A stretch of 59,499 nt of DNA, taken from the IMG/VR virus record IMGVR_UViG_3300024308_000008, positions 1 to 59,499 of that record; one strand, written 5' to 3'. Positions 53,162 to 59,499 of this stretch are shown piece after piece; position 1 is the stretch's first letter, and each line of letters begins with the position of its first letter. Origin of the DNA: a virus. Under the pieces are notes generated by a model. The model was not told where the DNA came from and ran no database searches. It saw nothing but the letters and a program-made list of their open reading frames with translations. The position numbers and the translations under genes were made by a program.

Positions 53162-54034
53162 ATGTCTAAGTTTAAGATGCAGTTCGCACCCCACTCCCTC
53201 GCTTTCCTCTGCTCGATGCCGCGCGGCGAAGGCCTGGAAGTCGTTTACGAGAACAAAGAAGCTATCCCCGCAGGTTATGAAGACCTGTACAGCGAGAAGG
53301 ACGGCAAAATGGTCCTGACTGGCGTTAAGGGCGTTAAAACCCAACAAGACGTCGACAAGCTTCAGCAAGCGCTGGTGAAAGAGCGCAACGACCACAAGGC
53401 CACGAAACAAACCTACGCACCTTTGGCAGCGCTGGGCTCTGTTGACGAAATTGTCGCAAACCTGGATCGAATCGCTGAACTCGAAGCTAGCCAGGGCAAG
53501 GGCGGCGCACCTGCCGACGTTGAAAAGCTGCTGCAAGCCAAGCTGGCTCCCCTGCAACGGGAGTTGGAAACCACGAAGGCAGGCCTGGCGGAGCGCGACA
53601 ACTTGATTGCTTCGTTCAAAACCAAAGAGCAGCGCCAAACCATCGCCGAGCAAGTTCGCAAAGCTGCCAAAGTGCTCAAAATCCGTGACACGGCAGTTGA
53701 AGACGCTGTTATGTACGGCCAGAACCTGCTGACTGTTGACGACGCTGGCAATGTGGTTACTCGTGAAAACATGGGTGTTACTGCTTTCGTCTCCGCCGAA
53801 GAGCTTCTCCGCGACCTGGTTTCAGCTCGCCCCCACTGGCTCGAAGAGTCGGTTGGTGGTGGTTCTGCTGGTAACAGAGGCGCTCAAGGGGCGGGTGTAA
53901 ACCCTTACAGCCACGACCATTGGAACCTGGGTGAGCAGATGCGTATCTACAAGGAAAACCCTGAAAAAGCCAAGCAAATGGCAGCGCGTTTCGGTGTGGA
54001 CCCACTCAACCCTTCCCGCCCGCCGAAAAAATAA
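53162..54034 (+). CDS. Scaffolding protein
   Basis: ATG follows AGGAG. The product is helical, charged and Gln/Lys/Glu-rich, and the gene lies between portal and capsid. Confidence 0.6.
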   Translation: MSKFKMQFAPHSLAFLCSMPRGEGLEVVYENKEAIPAGYEDLYSEKDGKMVLTGVKGVKTQQDVDKLQQALVKERNDHKATKQTYAPLAALGSVDEIVANLDRIAELEASQGKGGAPADVEKLLQAKLAPLQRELETTKAGLAERDNLIASFKTKEQRQTIAEQVRKAAKVLKIRDTAVEDAVMYGQNLLTVDDAGNVVTRENMGVTAFVSAEELLRDLVSARPHWLEESVGGGSAGNRGAQGAGVNPYSHDHWNLGEQMRIYKENPEKAKQMAARFGVDPLNPSRPPKK

Positions 54035-54157
54035 CAAAAACCTGTTGACCATGCTTCTGTGTTGCGCTAGATTTTGCACATGAAGCATGGTCTTCACTTT
54101 AAGCCGTCCATGGGATAGGCTTACAACAGAAAAGTCTATCCTCATTTGGAGTCTACT

Positions 54158-55252
54158 ATGCACCCTTTGATCGCAAAAGGTATGATGTCTGTTCAGCGTG
54201 GCGCAGCTCCCGCTCTCGACATCACCCGTCTGTCCGATCTGATCGTCCCGCAAATTTTTGCCGGCTACGTTCAGACCCTGACTGCTGAAAAATCCCGCCT
54301 GGTACAATCCGGCGCCCTGGTAATGGACCAAGGCCTCTCTGACCTTCTTTCCGGCGGTGGCGCAACCTTCAACCAACCCTTCTATCACGACCTGGAGTCT
54401 GACGAAGGCGACGGTAGCACTACCAAGGACCACTCCGAAAACGTGTCGAACGATACTGGTGCGGAGAGCAAGTCGGACAACATCAAGGCAGGGGCAGAAA
54501 TCCAGGTGCGCATGTCGCGCAACAAATCCTGGGGCTCCGCAGATCTGACTGGTTCCTTGACCGGTAGCGACCCGCTGATGGCCATTGCGGATCGAGTTGC
54601 AGCCTTCCGTGTTCGCCGTCTGCAACGTGCTTGGCTGGCAACCATGAAGGGTGTTTTTGCAACCAACGATGCGGCACCCTCCAACGGTTCCACCCACATC
54701 GCCAAAGACCTCACTTTGGACATTTCTGCAGGCACGGGTGACGCTGCCAAGTTCTCAGCCAGCGCCTTCATTTCTGCCATTGGGCTGATGGGCGATAGCA
54801 TGGACCAGCTCAGCATGGTCATGATGCACTCTATCGTGTATCAAAACCTGATGCGTAACAACCTCATCGACTTCATCCCCGATGCTCGAGGTGAAGTGAA
54901 CATCGCAACCTATATGGGTCGCGAGGTTATCGTTGACGACGGTTGCATGAACTCCGGTGGCAAGTTCGAGACCCTCCTCTTCGGTGAAGGTGCAACTCGC
55001 TTGGGCGCAGGCAGTCCGAAGGTTCCGGTTGAAGTCAAGCGCAACCCGCACGCGAACAACGGCGGTGGTGAAGAAGAGCTGTTCAACCGTTGGGAATGGT
55101 GCATCCACCCTGTCGGTCACGCCTGGAAAGGCTCCGCAGCTTCCAACGGCGGCCCGACCAACGCAGAGCTGGGAGCGGCAGGGGCGTTCACTCGCGTGTT
55201 CCGCGAACGGAAGCAAATCCGCATCGCCCGTCTGATCACCAAGGAACTGTAA
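54158..55252 (+). CDS. Major capsid protein
   Basis: Lies after the scaffold gene and is followed by the strongest terminator in the window. 364 aa. Confidence 0.8.
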   Translation: MHPLIAKGMMSVQRGAAPALDITRLSDLIVPQIFAGYVQTLTAEKSRLVQSGALVMDQGLSDLLSGGGATFNQPFYHDLESDEGDGSTTKDHSENVSNDTGAESKSDNIKAGAEIQVRMSRNKSWGSADLTGSLTGSDPLMAIADRVAAFRVRRLQRAWLATMKGVFATNDAAPSNGSTHIAKDLTLDISAGTGDAAKFSASAFISAIGLMGDSMDQLSMVMMHSIVYQNLMRNNLIDFIPDARGEVNIATYMGREVIVDDGCMNSGGKFETLLFGEGATRLGAGSPKVPVEVKRNPHANNGGGEEELFNRWEWCIHPVGHAWKGSAASNGGPTNAELGAAGAFTRVFRERKQIRIARLITKEL

Positions 55253-55268
55253 GAGGTTCGCATTCCAT

Positions 55269-55290
55269 AAGGGGCTTCGGCCCCTTTTTT
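55269..55290 (+). terminator. Rho-independent terminator after the major capsid gene
   Basis: aaggggc-ttcg-gcccctt followed by tttt. Confidence 0.8.
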
Positions 55291-55303
55291 CATAGGTGCC
55301 TTT

Positions 55304-56590
55304 ATGCCGTATACCGTAGCAGGAACATTGAAGTTACCAGAGACAGGGCAACCTGCTGCTGGTGTGATTTTGAAGTTCGTAGCCTTGCAGTCCATTAGCC
55401 CAGTATTGGACCGCTCAGAGAGCGTGATTATCACAAGCTCGACAGGTGCGTACTCTATTCAACTTGAGTACAACACCTATTCTGTGTTCGCGACTCTTTA
55501 TGACAATAAGCCTATTAACTGTGGGCAAATTGTCTTGAACAGCACTGTAGCAACAGGCCTAGATTTGCCTACTTTGCTGAACGGGGGCTATTCTGAACCT
55601 GCCAACCCCTCGTGGATTGTTGAGCTACAAAGACTTGCAAACGTTACAACAAGTGCTGCACAGTCTGCGGCTGCAAGTGCGGCATCCGCAGCGGCCGATG
55701 GGGCCGCTCAGGCCGCGCTGGCTAAATCACATGCCGACAAGGCTGCCCTTAGCGAGCAAGCCAGTAGCGAATCTGCCACTCGCTCCGAGTCAGCTGCAAG
55801 TGCGGCATCCGCAGCGGCCGATGGGGCCGCTGCAAGTGCGGCATCCGCAGCGGCCGATGGGGCCGCTGCGGCTGCAAGTGCGGCATCCGCAGCGGCCGAT
55901 GGGGCCGCTGCGGCTGCAAGTGCGGCATCCGCAGCGGCCGATGGGGCCGCTCAGGCCGCGCTGGCTAAATCACATGCCGACAAGGCTGCCCTTAGCGAGC
56001 AAGCCAGTAGCGAATCTGCCACTCGCTCCGAGTCAGCTGCCAAGCGGGCAGAGGAGTTGGTTGACCAGGCCACTGGTGGTGCCTTGCTGAAAGACCAGAA
56101 CCTGGGGGACGTGCCGAACAAAGAGGCTGCTCGCACTCACCTCGATGTGCCGTCAAAAAGTCAGCTTGCGCAAGCGATCAGCGAAGCGATAGGTGGAGTA
56201 ACGCCAGCCAGTATCGGTGCTCGGCCTGACTCATGGACCCCAACGGCTGCAGATGTGGGGGCGCGACCATCCGACTGGATGCCGACGGCCGCTCAAGTTG
56301 GCGCCAGACCGAGTAACTGGCTGCCGAGCCTTGAAGAGATAGGGGCCGCATCAAGCGGGTCGTTGGATGCCTTACAGCCAGCCGGTTCAGCTTCGTTTGT
56401 TTATGAGGGCGGGGCGTTGACGCAGATGACAGAGCAGCTGCCTGCCGGGGAGCGGATGACGGCGTACAGCTACACAGACGGTCGGTTGACTAAGGCGGTG
56501 GAGACGCTGGGGCAGCTTGTCAGAACCACCACATACAACTATCAGGCTGGCAGTCTTACCGGCTTCACTACTACAGAGGGGGGCGCATGA
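55304..56590 (+). CDS. Side tail fibre protein (prophage tail-fibre N-terminal domain, Ala/Ser repeats, GARPxxWxP repeats)
   Basis: 'GTLKLPETGQPAAGVILKFVAL...GAYSIQLEYNTYSVF' parallels lambdoid Stf N-termini. There are three 'GARP(D/S)xW(T/M/L)P' repeats. Confidence 0.7.
   Translation: MPYTVAGTLKLPETGQPAAGVILKFVALQSISPVLDRSESVIITSSTGAYSIQLEYNTYSVFATLYDNKPINCGQIVLNSTVATGLDLPTLLNGGYSEPANPSWIVELQRLANVTTSAAQSAAASAASAAADGAAQAALAKSHADKAALSEQASSESATRSESAASAASAAADGAAASAASAAADGAAAAASAASAAADGAAAAASAASAAADGAAQAALAKSHADKAALSEQASSESATRSESAAKRAEELVDQATGGALLKDQNLGDVPNKEAARTHLDVPSKSQLAQAISEAIGGVTPASIGARPDSWTPTAADVGARPSDWMPTAAQVGARPSNWLPSLEEIGAASSGSLDALQPAGSASFVYEGGALTQMTEQLPAGERMTAYSYTDGRLTKAVETLGQLVRTTTYNYQAGSLTGFTTTEGGA
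55670..56040 (+). repeat. In-frame repeat block inside the fibre gene: five 39-nt units, and a perfect 128-nt duplication (55670-55797 = 55913-56040)
   Basis: Compared base by base. The offset of 243 nt equals 81 codons. Confidence 0.9.
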
Positions 56591-57366
56591 GCGCACTAGA
56601 TCCGGTCATTCTTAACGAGGTTAAGCTGACCCAAAAGGCTGTTGCTGATTTGGCGAGTTCCAGCTCTTCTGGGCCTACCGAATATCCGTGGCGCGTTTTT
56701 ACCTCCAGTCAGTCTTGGGTTGTGCCAGAGGATGGCGAGTATTTTATCGTTTGTATTGGGGGTGGTGGCGGGTGTGGGCTTGCTACTCAACCAGAAGGCG
56801 GTGCTAGTGGTGGCTATGGCGGTGGTGGTGGTGGTGGTCGTTATGGCGGTGGTGGTGGTGGTGGCATGAGTGTTGTTCGTCGCAATATTTTAAAATCAAC
56901 GACATTGGTGCTGACAGTTGGTAGTGGTGGCTCAACTGGCTATACAGGAAGCAGCGGAGGCGCTAGCACGATAGTGGGTGCTGGACTGAATATATCATGC
57001 GGTGGTGGGGAGGGTGGATCTGGTAGCACATCTGGCGTCAGCGGCGGATCTAGCAGCGGCGGAGATTTAAATTTTATCGGAGGTCGTGGTGGCCCGAGTA
57101 GCGATGGTGGTAGTGGCGCAGGCGGCGGAGGCGCAGGCGGCGGAGCTGGCGGCGGTGGGTGCGGGCCTTTTGGCGGTCATGGCGGCTTTGGTGGTGGCGG
57201 CGGCGGCATTGGCCTTGTGTCGTCCACCACTGGAGCTAGCGGAGCAAGTGGCGTAAGTGGTTCGGTACCATCCTTCCTTAGCTCAATCCCTGGGTATCTT
57301 GGCCCCGGTCACGCAGCGACTGGCCGTGGCGGTCAGGGCTTCATTGCCATTCGGAGGGTGGGATAA
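56587..57366 (+). CDS. Glycine-rich domain protein (fibre-associated)
   Basis: 'WVVPEDGEYFIVCIGGGGGCG', poly-Gly tracts, and ATGA overlap with the fibre gene. Confidence 0.6.
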   Translation: MSALDPVILNEVKLTQKAVADLASSSSSGPTEYPWRVFTSSQSWVVPEDGEYFIVCIGGGGGCGLATQPEGGASGGYGGGGGGGRYGGGGGGGMSVVRRNILKSTTLVLTVGSGGSTGYTGSSGGASTIVGAGLNISCGGGEGGSGSTSGVSGGSSSGGDLNFIGGRGGPSSDGGSGAGGGGAGGGAGGGGCGPFGGHGGFGGGGGGIGLVSSTTGASGASGVSGSVPSFLSSIPGYLGPGHAATGRGGQGFIAIRRVG

Positions 57367-57752
57367 TGGAAATAGAAATTTTAGACAGCTCTGGGGCTGT
57401 CATTAATACAATTATCGCAGATGCGGATTTCGCTGATGAATTCTATCCGAATAGCTGGCGCGAGAAGGCCAAGCCCGAACCAGAGCCAGAGCCCATCCCA
57501 CAACCCATTACTCTGGACGAGGCGAAGGCGGCTAAAGTCGTCGAGATAAAAGCTGAGGCTGAGCGCCGCATCACCGCGCTAGACTGGCGGTTGCAGCGGG
57601 CGCAGGAGCGCGAGCAGTTGGGTGAGGTAGGGTTCGAGACGGTGGCCGATGTGCTCGCCCTGCGTGAGCAGATCCGGCAGGCCAGCAACGCCGCCGAGCT
57701 GGCGGTAGCTACGCTGGTAAGCGTAGAAGATGTGTTGGCATTTACTTGGTAG
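57366..57752 (+). CDS. Fibre-associated protein (DUF4376-like C-terminal half), hypothetical
   Basis: TAATG overlap with the upstream stop. 'LDEAKAAKVVEIKAEAERRITALDWRLQRA'. Confidence 0.45.
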   Translation: MEIEILDSSGAVINTIIADADFADEFYPNSWREKAKPEPEPEPIPQPITLDEAKAAKVVEIKAEAERRITALDWRLQRAQEREQLGEVGFETVADVLALREQIRQASNAAELAVATLVSVEDVLAFTW

Positions 57753-57781
57753 CCTCCCAGCGTTAGGATATTCCAATCATG

Positions 57782-57809
57782 GCCCCGCTCTCACGAGTGG
57801 GGCTTTTTT
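57782..57809 (+). terminator. Rho-independent terminator
   Basis: gccccgctc-tcac-gagtggggc (one G:U pair) followed by tttttt. Confidence 0.7.
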
Positions 57810-57832
57810 GTTTCCGTTTGCCGGAGCATCTA

Positions 57833-59122
57833 ATGCCACTTATCGATATTGTGACCATGCGAGGCATGATACCGCGCGTGGCTGGCCAGCTATTGCCAGA
57901 TGAAGCTGCAGAGCTGGCGCAGGATTGCGCATTCGACCGCGGGATTATCACCCCGCTGCGTGACGATCTTGGCCTGGGTGTTCAGTTGCCATTTACGCCA
58001 AAGACAATTTTCCACTACTACGGCGAATTCTGGTTTGCCTGGAGCGGGCTGGTTGAGGTAATGCGCTCGCCAATCGCACAGGATCAATACAACCGGGTCT
58101 ACTTCACGGATGGCGCCTACCCGAAACTGACGTATGACGCGATAGCAACCGGCGGCAGACAGACCATCATTCGCGACAGCGCTGGCAACGCCAATGCTAT
58201 GTTCGTGCTGCCGCGCTTTACCTATGCCGATATTGGCATGACAACTGACATGGGCGCAGGCGATATAACGGCGTTCGATTTTGGCAGCGGCAGCATCAAG
58301 GGCGAAATTTTTATCGGCGCATATCTTGCGTCCGGCTCCGGCGCTGTCAGCGCGCCGCGGCAAGATCCCCGCACCTCGCTCGATCACACCGCCGCCCGCG
58401 ACGCCTGTAGTGCAAAAGGCGCAGGCTGGCATCTGATGACGGCGCACGAATGGGCGGCAATCGCCCTGTGGTGCATGGCCAACGGCTACGAGCCAATCGG
58501 AAACACCAACTGGGGTCGCAGCCACGCCAAAACCTGGATGGTAGGCGATCGGTCCGACAATAGATCGCCGGGTGATACAGCCGGCACGGGGCGAACCCAG
58601 ACCGGCTCGATGGGGTCCGAGGCGACGCATACTCGCACGCTGGGCGGGATTGCGGATCTGGTCGGCAACGTCTGGGAGTGGCAGGACGGATTGCTGCTGC
58701 AAGATGGGCGCTTTAAGATTTCTGCCTACAACACCCAGGCCGAAGTTGACTGGGCGTTTGTCGATGCGTTTCTTGATGCGTCAACACCAACCGGTGGATC
58801 GGCCATCCTGTCCAACGCAGTCAACAACAGACTGGGAGCCATCGGAGACAACGCCAACGCAGGCAACTCAGCCAACGTAGAGTGGCGAGCAATGACAAAA
58901 TCAGGCAGCTACGTCAGCAATCAGGCGATGAAGCGGCTGCTGCTGGAGCCGGCTGGGGCATTGCCGCAGGGGCGCATCTATATGCGCAATTACGGCGAGC
59001 GACTCCCGTTTCGTGGCGGCTCTTGGAGCTACGGTTCCAACGCTGGCCTGGCTGCGCTCGCTCTGGACGATTCACGCGTGAGCACGTACACGAGCCTCGG
59101 GTTTCGCCCCGCCTTTGCCTGA
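57833..59122 (+). CDS. C-type-lectin / FGE-sulfatase-fold protein, probable receptor-binding fibre protein
   Basis: 'GIADLVGNVWEWQDG' and C-terminal 'FRGGSWSYGSNAGLAALALDDSRVSTYTSLGFRPA'. ATG 57833 was chosen because the track start (57779) would place the terminator inside the CDS. Confidence 0.65.
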   Translation: MPLIDIVTMRGMIPRVAGQLLPDEAAELAQDCAFDRGIITPLRDDLGLGVQLPFTPKTIFHYYGEFWFAWSGLVEVMRSPIAQDQYNRVYFTDGAYPKLTYDAIATGGRQTIIRDSAGNANAMFVLPRFTYADIGMTTDMGAGDITAFDFGSGSIKGEIFIGAYLASGSGAVSAPRQDPRTSLDHTAARDACSAKGAGWHLMTAHEWAAIALWCMANGYEPIGNTNWGRSHAKTWMVGDRSDNRSPGDTAGTGRTQTGSMGSEATHTRTLGGIADLVGNVWEWQDGLLLQDGRFKISAYNTQAEVDWAFVDAFLDASTPTGGSAILSNAVNNRLGAIGDNANAGNSANVEWRAMTKSGSYVSNQAMKRLLLEPAGALPQGRIYMRNYGERLPFRGGSWSYGSNAGLAALALDDSRVSTYTSLGFRPAFA

Positions 59123-59207
59123 GCCTTGCGCCTTGGGTTTTGTTGGCGCCACGGTAGTGGCGCTTAATCGGTTGAGGCATGTTTAACATTTCTAGCGGGG
59201 CAAATAG

Positions 59208-59489
59208 ATGAGCTACTTATACGACGGCGAAACGCACGACAACTACGATCCCGCCTTTATGGCGGAGCTGGGCATGAGTGAGGAGGTCATAGCCTCCGTG
59301 CTCGCCCAGCACAACTATGAGCTGACAGAGGGGCAACTGGCGCGTCGCCAGCGCGCCTACGTGGCGGAGTCCGACCCCCTTTTCTTGGAGTGGCAATACG
59401 ACAAGACAGCAGCGGCCGAGCAGGCATGGCGCGACAAGGTGGCGGAGATCAAGCTGCGCTACCCGGTGGCCCGTGGGGCGGAAGAGTGA
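59208..59489 (+). CDS. Hypothetical 93-aa protein (fibre-cassette accessory?)
   Basis: ORF whose last 117 nt lie in the duplicated terminal overlap. Confidence 0.5.
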   Translation: MSYLYDGETHDNYDPAFMAELGMSEEVIASVLAQHNYELTEGQLARRQRAYVAESDPLFLEWQYDKTAAAEQAWRDKVAEIKLRYPVARGAEE

Positions 59490-59499
59490 TCGTCCGTCT
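59373..59499. repeat. Terminal overlap identical to 1-127
   Basis: Read directly. Confidence 0.95.

Noticed and set aside
55617-56090. 157-aa alternative-frame ORF in the fibre repeat region with its own internal repeats (RHPQRPMGPL...)
   Set aside because: It merely re-reads the 39-nt DNA repeats in another frame. The fibre frame is continuous with a recognisable N-terminal fibre domain.
57779-57832. Upstream start (ATG 57779) for the lectin-fold protein
   Set aside because: That start would place a canonical hairpin-plus-T6 terminator (57782-57809) inside the coding sequence. ATG 57833 has a GGAG RBS.
1-59499. Search for tRNA/rRNA genes, an integrase/repressor lysogeny module, a phage RNA polymerase, and a DGR reverse transcriptase
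   Set aside because: No tRNA-like T-arm (GGTTCGAATCC-type) or cloverleaf was seen in the non-coding gaps. No ORF carries tyrosine/serine recombinase, CI-like, single-subunit RNAP or YxDD RT motifs. A by-eye scan cannot exclude divergent examples; tRNAscan-SE and HMM searches would settle it.

Overview
The window is one complete, circularly closed genome of a tailed dsDNA phage with siphovirus-type morphogenesis genes. The first and last 127 nt are identical, leaving 59,372 unique bp. It has three blocks. (1) A + strand late block runs from 49.4 kb, wraps through the artificial junction, and ends at 13.15 kb. It encodes terS, terL, portal, scaffold, major capsid, a side-fibre/receptor-binding cassette, connector/neck proteins, major tail protein, a G/GT-type chaperone with a -1 frameshift, tape measure, tip complex and a J-like central fibre. 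(2) A - strand block runs from 38.4 kb down to 13.2 kb. It encodes prim-pol/helicase, an SF2 helicase whose P-loop is interrupted by a LAGLIDADG intein, a Sak4-like ATPase, a DUF669-type SSB, a Cas4-like exonuclease, ATP-dependent ligase, dUTPase, family-B DNA polymerase and a beta-clamp homologue. It also carries a complete preQ0 pathway (FolE, QueD, QueE, QueC) plus a DpdA DNA transglycosylase and a YhhQ-type transporter. (3) A + strand early block (39.1-49.4 kb) holds small, mostly unknown ORFs and ends in a lysis cassette (Rz with embedded Rz1, lambda-R-type endolysin, two holin-like proteins). Blocks 2 and 3 diverge from a very AT-rich control region, which is followed by seven ~31-bp iteron-like repeats. 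The standout system is the predicted 7-deazaguanine (dPreQ0) DNA hypermodification module. From memory, its content and the genome size class resemble the CAjan/9g group of phages; no database search was possible. Other second-look items are the helicase intein, an E. coli SSB-like 'DFDDIPF' tip on the helicase, and a ~210-aa Pro/Ala tail on the SSB. A coupled C39-like/HslV-like peptidase pair and a C-type-lectin/FGE-fold fibre protein with a DGR-target-like C-terminus but no reverse transcriptase also merit follow-up. I saw no integrase, repressor, tRNA, rRNA or CRISPR array. All functional calls come from motif recognition by eye and from gene order. Many start codons were re-chosen from RBS and overlap logic and are less certain than the stops.
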